Under the pieces are notes generated by a model. That model made no database searches, was not told where the DNA came from, and saw only the letters and a program-made list of their open reading frames with translations. From the NCBI GenBank assembly GCA_018065085.1, contig JAGHUA010000006.1, positions 12,963-76,962 of the forward strand: DNA of 64,000 nt. Direction: 5' to 3'. Origin of the DNA: Candidatus Liminaster caballi (GTDB lineage: Bacteria > Bacteroidota > Bacteroidia > Bacteroidales > UBA3663). Position numbers and translations under genes: made by a program. Shown here in pieces: positions 50,624-60,228 of the stretch (positions are counted from its first letter, which is position 1; every line of letters starts with the position of its first letter).

Positions 50624-51616
50624 TCAGATCAGATTGCGCAACACCGTATGACGGAGCAGCACATGGAGCAGCAACATGATGATGGCTGCAATGGCGAAAG
50701 GAAGGAACTCCTCCTCGCGGCGACTGAACTCGCGCACACTCATCTTCGTCTTCTCCATCTGGTCGATCTCCTCGAAGATGTCCGAGAGCTTTGCCTTGGT
50801 GGTGGCACGGAAATAGCGTCCGCCCGTGCTGCGCGCCATGTTGCGGAGAAGGTCTTCGTCAAGGTCTGGCTTGACCGTCTGCTTGATGGCACGGCCGAAC
50901 ATATCGTAGCCCGTGGTCATCTCAAACTCCTTGTCCGTACCGACACCGATTGTATAGACACGTATGCCCAACGACTGAGCCACGGAAGCGGCATCGTTAG
51001 GCGAGACGTCGCCGGCATTATTAGAACCGTCGGTCAGCAGGATCACCACCTTCGACTTGGCCTCGCCGTGGCGGATTCTGTTAAGACCTGTCACCAGACC
51101 ATTGCCGATGGCTGTCATTGTGCCGTCCACGAGGTCGAAATCGACACTGTGAATCATATTGGCAAGCACGGCATGGTCGCTGGTCATCGGACAAAGCGTA
51201 TAACTCTCCTTGCCGAAGATAACCATACCGATATTATCATTAGGACGGCCAGCCACGAAGTTTGATGCCACTTCCTTGGCAGCCTCCAGACGATTGGGCT
51301 TGAAGTCCTGCGTCTGCATGGAGTACGATACGTCGAGTGTCAGTACGATGTCGATGCCTTCCGTGCTGCTCTGGCTCCAGTTGTCACTGCTCTGCGGACG
51401 GGCCATGACCACTATGGCCATTGCAAAGGCTCCGAGAAGCAACGCGAAATTGACGTGACGCAGATACTCCTTCCACGACCTTGGCACCTTGGCAAATGCC
51501 GCCGTCGATGGAATCTGCAGCGAAGCGCTCGACTTTGGCAATCGCCACACATAGAAGGCGATGGCAGGCACCAGAAGCACCAGAAGCACCAGATATCCGG
51601 GATTAGCAAATGTCAT
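50624..51616 (-). CDS. batA: BatA (vWA domain)
   Basis: MTFANP, ARPQ, MIDAS DVSYSM, LLTDGSNN and TGGRYFRA. Confidence 0.94.
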   Translation of the reverse strand: MTFANPGYLVLLVLLVPAIAFYVWRLPKSSASLQIPSTAAFAKVPRSWKEYLRHVNFALLLGAFAMAIVVMARPQSSDNWSQSSTEGIDIVLTLDVSYSMQTQDFKPNRLEAAKEVASNFVAGRPNDNIGMVIFGKESYTLCPMTSDHAVLANMIHSVDFDLVDGTMTAIGNGLVTGLNRIRHGEAKSKVVILLTDGSNNAGDVSPNDAASVAQSLGIRVYTIGVGTDKEFEMTTGYDMFGRAIKQTVKPDLDEDLLRNMARSTGGRYFRATTKAKLSDIFEEIDQMEKTKMSVREFSRREEEFLPFAIAAIIMLLLHVLLRHTVLRNLI

Positions 51617-52659
51617 TATCTTTCGTTTTTGTTATAGCCACCTGTAGAAGTCTTGACCTCAGCATCTTCACTTACCGTAGGCAGCGACTCCTTGGTCTGT
51701 TCGACAAACAGGCGTGAATTCATATATACCAACTGATTCTCGTCAGGCAGCGGCTCATACTTGGCGAACTTCACAAGGTCGGCCATCTGAAGGACCTCCT
51801 TGAGATTGTTGTGCGACGATCGCTGAGAGATTGTGAGCTCGACAAGTTCATCGAGGATCTCGTCGGTGGTCTTCTCCATGGCCTGCACATTATAACGGCG
51901 TTCGATATACTGGCGCAGGATGTCGGTCAGCTCGGTGTGGAACTGCTTGTGCTTACCTTCCTGCCAGAGCTTGCGTCCGTTGAGTTCGGTCAATGCACGC
52001 AGAGCAACAACATGGGCAGGTTCGAGCGGAACCTTCACCTCCTCTACCGGCTTCTCGCCAGTGCGATGTGTCTTATAATATTGATAGCCATAGAAGGCAG
52101 CAAAGCCCACAAGCACTACAATCAGCACCCAAAGCATCCACCATGCATAGTCCCAGATCACAAACCCAGGCACGAGCAGCGACTTGAGTCCCTGAATGGA
52201 GGATGGATCGTCAGACACCGACTCGAACGGATGTTCGACCTTCAATGCCACCACCTGAGTGCTCACAGTGTCCCTGCCATTGACCACAAACTTAAACGGT
52301 TCGATGAGCATGGCTGCACTGTCGAACGCAAAGACCTGGATGTCCTGCGAATAAGTCACCATTCCGTCCTTACGCAGAGTGTCAATATTCAGACGCGCGT
52401 CAGGACCGTACTCAAGCATATAGCGCTTCTGCGAGTCTTCATAATCGACGGCTGCGATGCCACGCGGAGTGATGGACGTCGGCCATGACACCTCTGCCCC
52501 CTCCGGCACAGAAATCTCGACATGAAGCATACGCGGAATACCGATATAGACCCATGGAGTATCGATCTCCGCCTTAGCGAAGTCGGCACGCGCCTCTGTC
52601 GGCAGGCACATGACCATAGCCAGAAGGCTGAGCAGCAATATGGTTATTCTGTTCTTCAT
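51616..52659 (-). CDS. Conserved bat-operon membrane protein
   Basis: Signal peptide, single TM, ILRQYIERRY...AMEKTTDE and ADLVKFAK; usual position between DUF58 and batA. Confidence 0.85.
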   Translation of the reverse strand: MKNRITILLLSLLAMVMCLPTEARADFAKAEIDTPWVYIGIPRMLHVEISVPEGAEVSWPTSITPRGIAAVDYEDSQKRYMLEYGPDARLNIDTLRKDGMVTYSQDIQVFAFDSAAMLIEPFKFVVNGRDTVSTQVVALKVEHPFESVSDDPSSIQGLKSLLVPGFVIWDYAWWMLWVLIVVLVGFAAFYGYQYYKTHRTGEKPVEEVKVPLEPAHVVALRALTELNGRKLWQEGKHKQFHTELTDILRQYIERRYNVQAMEKTTDEILDELVELTISQRSSHNNLKEVLQMADLVKFAKYEPLPDENQLVYMNSRLFVEQTKESLPTVSEDAEVKTSTGGYNKNER

Positions 52660-53525
52660 ACTCTCTTCTTAAACAATCCGAGCAAAGCCGGCACAAAATC
52701 ATCGTCGGTCGAAATCGATGCATTATCGACACCGCTGCGAAGGAAAGCCTGCTGCATGTTCTGCTGCAAATTGGCAAACCATTCCTTATAGGCATTGCGA
52801 ACCTTGGCCGATGAGGTGTCAATCCATCGTTCCTGTCCGGTCTCGGCATCCTCCACACGCATCAGTCCCACGTCAGGCAGTTCACGCTCACGCTGGTCAT
52901 AGACCTGAATGGCCACAACATCGTGCTTGCGGCTGGCAATGGTGAGTGACGACTGATAGTCCTTGGCATCGCAGAAATCACTGATCAGGAAAGTTGTGCA
53001 GCGCTTCTTCTGTGCATTGCTCACATACTGAATGACATTGTTGAGATCCGTGCCGCGCTGCACAGGCTTGAACTGCAACATCTCGCTGATGATGGCGAGC
53101 ACATGCTTCTTGCCCTTCTGTGGCGGAATATATCGCTCAATGCGGTCGCTGAAGAACACGACACCGATCTTATCATTGTTCTGTATGGTGCTGAAGGCGA
53201 TAGTGGCTGCAATCTCTGTAATCTGTTCCTGCTTCGTACGTGTGACGGTGCCGAACTCGCGGCTTCCGCTTACGTCGATAAGCAGCATCACAGTCAGCTC
53301 ACGCTCCTCCTCAAAGATCTTGATGTGCGGTTTGTTCTGTCGTGCAGTGACGTTCCAGTCGATGTCGCGCACGTCATCGCCATACTGGTACTCGCGTACC
53401 TCGGCAAACGACATGCCGTGACCCTTGAACGCCGTCTTGTAGCTACCTGCAAAGATATTGGCGCTCAAGCCTCGCGACTTGATCTCAATCTGTCGTACTT
53501 TCTTTAAGAGTTCTGTCGTTTCCAA
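52656..53525 (-). CDS. DUF58 (vWA-like) protein, TTG start
   Basis: FAEVREYQYGDDVRDIDWNVTAR, EEERE, DVSGS and ISDF. Confidence 0.93.
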   Translation of the reverse strand: METTELLKKVRQIEIKSRGLSANIFAGSYKTAFKGHGMSFAEVREYQYGDDVRDIDWNVTARQNKPHIKIFEEERELTVMLLIDVSGSREFGTVTRTKQEQITEIAATIAFSTIQNNDKIGVVFFSDRIERYIPPQKGKKHVLAIISEMLQFKPVQRGTDLNNVIQYVSNAQKKRCTTFLISDFCDAKDYQSSLTIASRKHDVVAIQVYDQRERELPDVGLMRVEDAETGQERWIDTSSAKVRNAYKEWFANLQQNMQQAFLRSGVDNASISTDDDFVPALLGLFKKRV

Positions 53526-53570
53526 CTTTACACTTTACTCATTACACATTACTCTCTTTACCCATTACTC
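53526..53570 (-). repeat. Heptamer (NGTAAWG) tandem array between moxR and DUF58
   Basis: Minus strand reads agtaatg ggtaaag (ag) agtaatg tgtaatg agtaaag tgtaaag immediately before the TTG start. Confidence 0.7.
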
Positions 53571-53590
53571 TCGACTCTTTGCCCTTCTTA

Positions 53591-54583
53591 TCAAGGCACC
53601 TCTACCTTGTTGAGAATCTCGGCAATCACCTCCTCGGCAGTGAGGTTGTTGGCCTCAGCCTCGTATGACAGGCCGATACGGTGGCGCATCACGTCAGGAC
53701 ATACGACACGTACATCCTCTGGGATTACATATCCGCGATGCTTCAGGAAAGCGTATGCACGCGCTGCAAGAGCGAGGTTGATCGAAGCACGAGGCGAAGC
53801 GCCGCATGAGATCATGTCCTTCATCGAGTTGAGTTCGTACATCTCAGGGTAACGTGTGGCAAAGACAATGTCAACGATATATTTCTGAATCTTCTCGTCG
53901 ATATATACCTGCTTGACAACCTCGCGAGCGTCGAGAACCTCATCGACCTTCAGCACAGGAGCCACCGACTGCTTGAAACCAGCCAGATGGTTAGCCACGA
54001 TCAGGCGTTCCTCCTCCTTCTTTGGATAGTCGATCTTAACCTTGAGCATGAAACGGTCGCACTGAGCCTCAGGCAATGGGTAGGTTCCTTCCTGCTCGAT
54101 AGGGTTCTGTGTTGCCATTACAAGGAATGGCTTGTCGAGCTTAAATGTCTCGCTGCCGATGGTCACCTGACGCTCCTGCATAGCTTCGAGCAGGGCAGAC
54201 TGCACCTTGGCTGGTGCACGGTTGATCTCGTCGGCCAAAACGAAATTGGCAAAGACAGGACCCTTCTTGACCGAGAACTGTTCGTTCTTCTGGCTATATA
54301 CCATTGTACCGATCACATCGGCAGGCAAAAGGTCTGGGGTGAACTGGATACGGCTGTATTTTGCATCAATAAGCTGAGCGAGGGTCTTGATGGCAAGGGT
54401 CTTGGCAAGACCAGGCACACCTTCGAGCAGGATATGACCGTCGGCAAGCAGGCCGATGAGCAAAGACTCGACCAGGTGCTTCTGACCGACGATGATCTGA
54501 TCCATGCCCTGTGTCAGCATAGTTACAAACGAGCTTTTGCTCTCAATGAGCTCGTTCAATTCGCGGATGTTTACTGTTTCCAT
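53591..54583 (-). CDS. moxR: MoxR-type AAA+ ATPase
   Basis: GVPGLAKT, RIQFTPDLLPAD, DEINRA and ATQNPIEQEGTYPLPEAQ. Probable start METVNI at 54583. Confidence 0.95.
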   Translation of the reverse strand: METVNIRELNELIESKSSFVTMLTQGMDQIIVGQKHLVESLLIGLLADGHILLEGVPGLAKTLAIKTLAQLIDAKYSRIQFTPDLLPADVIGTMVYSQKNEQFSVKKGPVFANFVLADEINRAPAKVQSALLEAMQERQVTIGSETFKLDKPFLVMATQNPIEQEGTYPLPEAQCDRFMLKVKIDYPKKEEERLIVANHLAGFKQSVAPVLKVDEVLDAREVVKQVYIDEKIQKYIVDIVFATRYPEMYELNSMKDMISCGASPRASINLALAARAYAFLKHRGYVIPEDVRVVCPDVMRHRIGLSYEAEANNLTAEEVIAEILNKVEVP

Positions 54584-54600
54584 TATATTGTGTAGTTTTA

Positions 54601-55518
54601 TCAATGAATCTCGTTAATGTCGAACGGAGTCGGCTGATATACGTAGTAGTTGAGCCAGTTTGAGAAAAGGAGGTTGGCAGTCGAACGCCAACGCACGATG
54701 ATCTCCTGGTTCGGATCATTGTCCTTATAGTAGTTGACTGGCGGCTGGATGTCAAGTCCCTTGCCCAGATCGCGGCGGTACTCGGTGTCGAGAGTGTCGG
54801 GCGCATATTCCGAGTGCCCGGTCAGGAAGATCTCACGTCCGTCGCGTGCCATGACCATATAGACACCACTCTCCCAGCTCTCTGCCATGATCTTGAGTTC
54901 GTCATGCTTGGCGATGTCCTCAGCGCGCACCTCGCTATGACGGCTCTGAGGCATATAGAACACATCGTCGAAACCTCGGAAGATAGGAGCCATTGGGTCG
55001 AGACTGTGATGCTTGAACACGCCGAACATCTTCTGGGGCAGCTGATATTTTGGCACATCGAAGAAATGATAGAGTGCTGCCTGTGCTGCCCAGCAGATAT
55101 ACATTGTCGAGGTGACATGCGTGCGTGCCCAGTCGAAGATTGTCTCAATCCAATGCCAGTAGCTCACGTCCTCATACTGGAGATGTTCGAGCGGAGCGCC
55201 AGTGATGATCATGCCGTCGAACTTCTGGTCCTGCAGGTCCTCGAACGATGTGTAGAACTGCTCCATGTGCAGGGCCGATGTGTTCTTGCTCTCGTGATTT
55301 GGCACCTTGATGAATGTGATGTCGAGCTGCAAAGGAGTGTTCGACAGCAGACGGATGAGGTCGGTCTCGGTGCGCTCCTTGACTGGCATGAGGTTGAGGA
55401 TGCCGATGCGCAGCGGACGAATGTCCTGCGAGTTGGCACGCTCGTTGTCCATCACAAATATGTTTTCCTGCTTCAATGCCTCGATGGCGGGCAGGTTTTT
55501 AGGCAGTTTTACTGGCAT
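54601..55518 (-). CDS. metA: Homoserine O-acyltransferase (probably acetyltransferase)
   Basis: DIRPL, LNLMP, TGAPLE, catalytic ICWAAQ, and GHSEY. Confidence 0.95.
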   Translation of the reverse strand: MPVKLPKNLPAIEALKQENIFVMDNERANSQDIRPLRIGILNLMPVKERTETDLIRLLSNTPLQLDITFIKVPNHESKNTSALHMEQFYTSFEDLQDQKFDGMIITGAPLEHLQYEDVSYWHWIETIFDWARTHVTSTMYICWAAQAALYHFFDVPKYQLPQKMFGVFKHHSLDPMAPIFRGFDDVFYMPQSRHSEVRAEDIAKHDELKIMAESWESGVYMVMARDGREIFLTGHSEYAPDTLDTEYRRDLGKGLDIQPPVNYYKDNDPNQEIIVRWRSTANLLFSNWLNYYVYQPTPFDINEIH

Positions 55519-55575
55519 CTTTTATTGTTTTTCTCTTTTTGTAATCGTCGGATTTTCGATGAATCGATTATTCGA

Positions 55576-56442
55576 TCAATCGATCATCACAACCAGGAAC
55601 TTCGACAGCGACCAGAAAGCGTCCTTGTCGATGATGCGGAGGGTCAGTTTCTTGTCCACGCCCTTGACCAGTTCGTATGAACTCTCAGGAGCCGATGACA
55701 ACAGTCGGGCACCCTTGCTGCCCAATTCGATCTCGTCGATCTGACGCTTATCGACCTCGGTGAATGATGAAGTGTCGAATCCCTTGGTGGTCAGGCGTGC
55801 CTTATTGAACACACCACCGTCCACGAGGCCCATTTCCTTGAGCACCGACTTGCCAGCCACGATGTAATAGCAGCGGTTGAGAGCGCCGTCCTGCTGGCTG
55901 ATTGTCTCGGTCTGCTGTGCCACCACATCCTCGGTCTGTTGCAATGTCTGCTGGGTCTGTGTCAGTTCCGACGACAGCTGATTGATTTGTTCTGACTGCT
56001 GGGCGATGGTTGCCTCATACTGGGCGATGCGCTGCTGATAGCCGGCAATTTCGTTCTGCATACGTTCGATGCTCTTCTTCAGTTCCTTGTTTTCGTTGAG
56101 CACACCCTTATATTTCTTCTGCATGTCAGTGAGGAGTTTCTGCTTCTCGGTGATCTGCTGTTCAAGGTTATCGAGCTGCTGCAGGAGGCGGGCCTTCTGG
56201 TTCTGCAGGTTCTGATCGTCACTGTTCACTGCTATCTGTCCGTTGATCTTATCGAGTTTCGATGATGCGGCGTTGAGCGTTGACACGAGGTCTGCAAGGT
56301 CGTTCTGCTGCTCGATTGTCACCTGAAGAAGCGAGTCATTGGCCGAACGCACCTCGACGAGCTGCTGCTTGGTCTCGCGATAGTCGCAGGCAGACAGCAG
56401 ACACATACAAATTGCAACAATGCAAAATAAAAGCTTTTTCAT
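55576..56442 (-). CDS. Coiled-coil lipoprotein with a conserved C-terminal globular domain
   Basis: Lipobox SAC, long Q/E/L heptad region, C-terminal LLSSAPESSYEL...FWSLSKFLV. Confidence 0.8.
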   Translation of the reverse strand: MKKLLFCIVAICMCLLSACDYRETKQQLVEVRSANDSLLQVTIEQQNDLADLVSTLNAASSKLDKINGQIAVNSDDQNLQNQKARLLQQLDNLEQQITEKQKLLTDMQKKYKGVLNENKELKKSIERMQNEIAGYQQRIAQYEATIAQQSEQINQLSSELTQTQQTLQQTEDVVAQQTETISQQDGALNRCYYIVAGKSVLKEMGLVDGGVFNKARLTTKGFDTSSFTEVDKRQIDEIELGSKGARLLSSAPESSYELVKGVDKKLTLRIIDKDAFWSLSKFLVVMID

Positions 56443-57149
56443 ATATCTTTGTATTTATTTTTCTTCTCGGCTTTAGGAGGCTCAGGCATACCGCCCACCA
56501 GAAGTACGATCTCGCCCTTTGGCTCGGTGGCTGTGAAATGTGCGGCAAGCTCGCTGAGAGTGCCATGCACGGTCTCCTGAAATTTCTTCGATATCTCGCG
56601 CGCCACTGCAGCCGGACGATCGGCTCCGAAATGCGATGCAAGCTGTTCGAGAGTCTTGACCAGACGGTATGGCGACTCATAGAAGATGATGGTGCGCGGT
56701 TCGATGGCAAGTTCCTTCATTCTCGTCTCGCGGCCTTTCTTCTGCGGCAGGAAACCTTCGAAGCAGAACTTCTCGTTTGGCAGTCCGCTCTGCACCAGGG
56801 CAGGCACGAAAGCCGTTGCTCCGGGCAGGCACTCCACCTCGATGCCTCGGCGCACGCATTCCCTCACGAGCATAAAACCCGGATCGCTGATACATGGCGT
56901 ACCGGCATCGCTGACCAATGCCACGGTCATACCCGATGCGATACGGTCGGCCATGGCCTCGCAGGTCTGGTGTTCGTTCCATTTATGGTGGCTCTGCAAT
57001 GGTGTGTGGATGTCGTAGTGCTGCATCAGCACGCTGCTTGTCCTCGTGTCTTCAGCCAGCACAAGGTCTGCCTCCTTCAGCACACGGATGGCGCGGAAGG
57101 TCATATCCTCAAGGTTACCCACAGGCGTTGGCACTACGTATAGTTTCAT
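56439..57149 (-). CDS. rsmI: 16S rRNA Cm1402 2'-O-methyltransferase
   Basis: LYVVPTPVGNLED, AEDTR, SDAGTPCISDPG, FYESP and REISK. Confidence 0.96.
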   Translation of the reverse strand: MKLYVVPTPVGNLEDMTFRAIRVLKEADLVLAEDTRTSSVLMQHYDIHTPLQSHHKWNEHQTCEAMADRIASGMTVALVSDAGTPCISDPGFMLVRECVRRGIEVECLPGATAFVPALVQSGLPNEKFCFEGFLPQKKGRETRMKELAIEPRTIIFYESPYRLVKTLEQLASHFGADRPAAVAREISKKFQETVHGTLSELAAHFTATEPKGEIVLLVGGMPEPPKAEKKNKYKDI

Positions 57150-57208
57150 GTCGGTTAGAATTAAGAAATCTGGCAGTTGCACGAAGGTCTGCCTTATTTA
57201 TACGGGCG

Positions 57209-57216
57209 CAAATATA
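57209..57216 (-). promoter_or_regulatory. -7 promoter element upstream of rsmI
   Basis: TATATTTG on the minus strand 60 nt upstream of the ATG. Confidence 0.55.
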
Positions 57217-57248
57217 GTGCTTTTTTCAATACCCTGTACAATTTTTGC

Positions 57249-58166
57249 CTAAGGAATGAGCAAAAGAAACATTTTTTCAATATTTTTACGAATAGTTTGC
57301 ACTTTGGCTGTCGAATTATTGACAATAAACACGACCGAATACTCTCGTTTGTCGGTTCCGGTGACGTATCCCGCGTAGGCTACGACCGACTTTGTCGTAC
57401 CGGTCTTAAGCTGGGCTTTTCCCATCAGGCACGACGATCTGAGGAAGTACATCACCGTGCCCGTAAGGCCTGCCACAGCCAGCGAGTTACGGAACTCCGT
57501 GTCGTCCTTCATCTCGAACAGCAGCTGGGTCATCAGATGTGCCGTAATCCTGTCGGCAGGCGCCAGTCCGCAACCGTCATACATCACCAAGGCGTCGGTG
57601 TCCAATCCGCGACTCTTCCAATATGTGCGTATCGAGTCGATGCCCGATGCCAGCGTACAGTTGCCGCTGATCAGATAAGGCAATAGCTCGGCGTTCTCAT
57701 TAAGGCTCTTCTCGTTTGTCTTTTTCACGAATTCACGCAAGCTCAATCCAGCGTCTGGAATGGTGGTCAACGGTTTGACATAGTCGCTCTCCACATCCTC
57801 GATGAGCCAGTCTGGATTATAGCCGATGAGCTGCGGCAACGGCACGCATGTGCTGTCGGCACAAGGCACGCTGTCGGGTATGATATAGTCAGCGCCGAGC
57901 AGACGCATGGCTGCGCCCGTGGTGAAAAGCTTGAGCAGCGATGCCGGCTGTACGGAACGCTGTTCGTCCTGCTGATAGATGACCTCGCCGGTATGCAGGT
58001 CGCAGATCTCGACGGCTATCGTGGCATGGCGCATCTCAGGCGTTGACTGCCAGTTGGTGAATGCGTGTGGCATCCTACGCATTTGTGCATCGCAGACAGC
58101 CGGAGCGACCATGAGCAATGCACAAATCAGGGATAAGACAAACGATGGTGAATATTTTATCTTCAT
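57249..58166 (-). CDS. dacB: Compact peptidase S13 (PBP4/DacB-like) D-Ala-D-Ala carboxypeptidase
   Basis: PASLLK (SxxK), SLN (SxN), DGCGL and KTGT. Probable start MKIKYS at 58166. Confidence 0.85.
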   Translation of the reverse strand: MKIKYSPSFVLSLICALLMVAPAVCDAQMRRMPHAFTNWQSTPEMRHATIAVEICDLHTGEVIYQQDEQRSVQPASLLKLFTTGAAMRLLGADYIIPDSVPCADSTCVPLPQLIGYNPDWLIEDVESDYVKPLTTIPDAGLSLREFVKKTNEKSLNENAELLPYLISGNCTLASGIDSIRTYWKSRGLDTDALVMYDGCGLAPADRITAHLMTQLLFEMKDDTEFRNSLAVAGLTGTVMYFLRSSCLMGKAQLKTGTTKSVVAYAGYVTGTDKREYSVVFIVNNSTAKVQTIRKNIEKMFLLLIP

Positions 58167-58170
58167 ATAA

Positions 58171-58965
58171 TCAGTTTTGAGGATGCTGATGCAGGCGCAT
58201 GAGCTCGACATCGTCCACGTATGTTGGCTTGAGCACGATGCTGTCTGCCGTCCGGCGCACATTGAGCGACATGATGATTCGTGACAGTTCGACGTCGTCG
58301 CTTGCCTTGCACGTCAGCACAAGGAGGGTATCGGCGCTGAGCAGTCCTGTGCCACAGCCGTCATAAACAGAGTAGGTCTTGCTCTTCTCGTCGTAGTTGA
58401 CAAGCGCCATTGACGCCACTATACCCTGGCCTGCCATCTGCTGAGGGATGTGCAATGACCACCGGAGTGTGTCGCCCTTATGGAATGTGGTGTCAGCCGG
58501 GATTGTCCAAATCCTGTGGGCTGTGAGGCGCTCTTCGTCGAGCAGCTGATGGCGGTTGTTTCTCCAGAGGTCGATGCTATCGCCCGGTTCACAGGGTCCG
58601 TACGTATCGTTCATCTCCGACAGCGCCAGCCATTCCGCGTTCTGCTGTTTCAGGTTGTCCTCCACGTGGTTGTATATGCGGATGAGCTTCTTGAGGTTCT
58701 GCGAGTACCACACCAGCGAGGTGTCATACTGTTCCTTGGTGATGCCGTGTTTGAGCAATACGGCTGCCATCACCTCCTGACCGTATTCGGGACGTTCGCG
58801 GTTCTGCGCGTCCTGCACGTCGATGAGTCCTTCTGCCAGATGTACGTCCGTGAGCAATGCCGTCATCGTCTCTTCGTCGATGACATGCTTCGGCCTTGAG
58901 TTGCATGCACCCAGCACGCATATCATGGCTGTCGCAACGGCAATGTAAAGGATAAATCTGCGCAT
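58171..58965 (-). CDS. DUF4296-like lipoprotein
   Basis: Lipobox GAC, LLTDVHLAEG and YDTSLVWY; usual neighbour of lspA in Bacteroidales. Confidence 0.75.
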   Translation of the reverse strand: MRRFILYIAVATAMICVLGACNSRPKHVIDEETMTALLTDVHLAEGLIDVQDAQNRERPEYGQEVMAAVLLKHGITKEQYDTSLVWYSQNLKKLIRIYNHVEDNLKQQNAEWLALSEMNDTYGPCEPGDSIDLWRNNRHQLLDEERLTAHRIWTIPADTTFHKGDTLRWSLHIPQQMAGQGIVASMALVNYDEKSKTYSVYDGCGTGLLSADTLLVLTCKASDDVELSRIIMSLNVRRTADSIVLKPTYVDDVELMRLHQHPQN

Positions 58966-58983
58966 AAAGCCTTGTCGTAGTGA

Positions 58984-59817
58984 TTACTTTTCCTTGAACA
59001 CATGCTGTGAGAGCTGTTTCCAATAGCAGAGGAACAGCAGGGCAATGCCCACTGAGATACAGGCATCGGCGAAGTTGAACACCGGCTTGAAGAACATGAA
59101 CGGCTCGGAGCTCGATGGCAGCCACGATGCCCATCGGAACTGCATGAAGCCCCAATCGACCATCTCGCCTGTGCGTGGCATCCAGTCGGGCCATTCAAAC
59201 TCGATCAACGGGAAGTAGAGCATATCCACTACCCTGCCCTGCAGCCAGTCGTTGGCAGGAAGATGTCCGGCTGCGGCATCGGCAAAGGTTGCCACATGTC
59301 CGATGCTGTCAGTGAACAGCTGTCCGTAGAACACACAGTCGATGAGATTGCCGAAAGCGCCTGCCACGATCATCGACAGGATCACCGTCAGCAGCCACGG
59401 CATGCCCTTGCGGATATGCGTGAACAGATACCATCCGAAGCCGCCGATGGCCACAATCCTGAACACCGTGAGGATGTATTTCGGAGCCAGCACCATGCCC
59501 ACGCCAAAGGCAGCCAGCGCAGCCAGCGCAATGCCGAAGAGCGTGCGGCTCAGCTTTCCCTCGCGCACGTATTCATATAAGGAATAGCCCAGCATCAGGG
59601 CAATGAGTCCATAGATTGAAAGCACGAGCGGGCTGTCCAGTTCAGTTCCGTATGCCATTCCGTTGTTCTCGACAAAACACAGATAGAACCAAGACGTCAC
59701 CTTGTAGCTCTCGTGGAGCACAAAGTGAGTCTTGATATAAATCTTGGTGATCTGATCGATCAATACGATGGCAAGCATGATGGCCGAAGCCACCGTCATC
59801 TTGGTACGATTGGTCAT
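58984..59817 (-). CDS. lspA: Lipoprotein signal peptidase II
   Basis: DQITK, NNGMAYG, GAFGNLID, VVDML and VFNFAD. Confidence 0.95.
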   Translation of the reverse strand: MTNRTKMTVASAIMLAIVLIDQITKIYIKTHFVLHESYKVTSWFYLCFVENNGMAYGTELDSPLVLSIYGLIALMLGYSLYEYVREGKLSRTLFGIALAALAAFGVGMVLAPKYILTVFRIVAIGGFGWYLFTHIRKGMPWLLTVILSMIVAGAFGNLIDCVFYGQLFTDSIGHVATFADAAAGHLPANDWLQGRVVDMLYFPLIEFEWPDWMPRTGEMVDWGFMQFRWASWLPSSSEPFMFFKPVFNFADACISVGIALLFLCYWKQLSQHVFKEK

Positions 59818-59824
59818 TGTCTGT

Positions 59825-60202
59825 TTAACGGCGACGCTGCTTGGCTTCGATTGAGAGAGTAGCGTGTGGCACGGCTCGGAGACGTTCCTTTGGGATCAGC
59901 TTGCCGGTTTCGCGGCAGATTCCGTAGGTCTTGTTCTCGATGCGAACCAATGCGCCCTGCAAGCCCTTGATGAACTTTTCTAGACGGGAAGCCTGCAGAC
60001 CCAGCTCCTCGCGGTTCAAGGTCTCGGCACCATCCTCCATGTTCTTGAACTGAGGTGCGGTATCACGGTCTGAGTTGTCGCCAAATCGCATGGCGGCACG
60101 AAGCTCCGAATATTCGGCGTTTGCCTTCTCAAGCTTCTCAAGGATCAGCTGCTTGAACTCCTCAAGCTCCTCGTCAGTGTATCTTTCTCTTTCTTCAGCC
60201 AT
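59825..60202 (-). CDS. dksA: TraR/DksA family protein
   Basis: ALVRIENKTYGICRETGKLIPKERLRAVPHATLS. Confidence 0.9.
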   Translation of the reverse strand: MAEERERYTDEELEEFKQLILEKLEKANAEYSELRAAMRFGDNSDRDTAPQFKNMEDGAETLNREELGLQASRLEKFIKGLQGALVRIENKTYGICRETGKLIPKERLRAVPHATLSIEAKQRRR

Positions 60203-60228
60203 AGTATTAGGTTTAAAAATGCTTTAAC

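Noticed and set aside
59825-60202. DksA lacking the four-Cys zinc finger
   Set aside because: The single-Cys form is, to my knowledge, the usual Bacteroidetes type.
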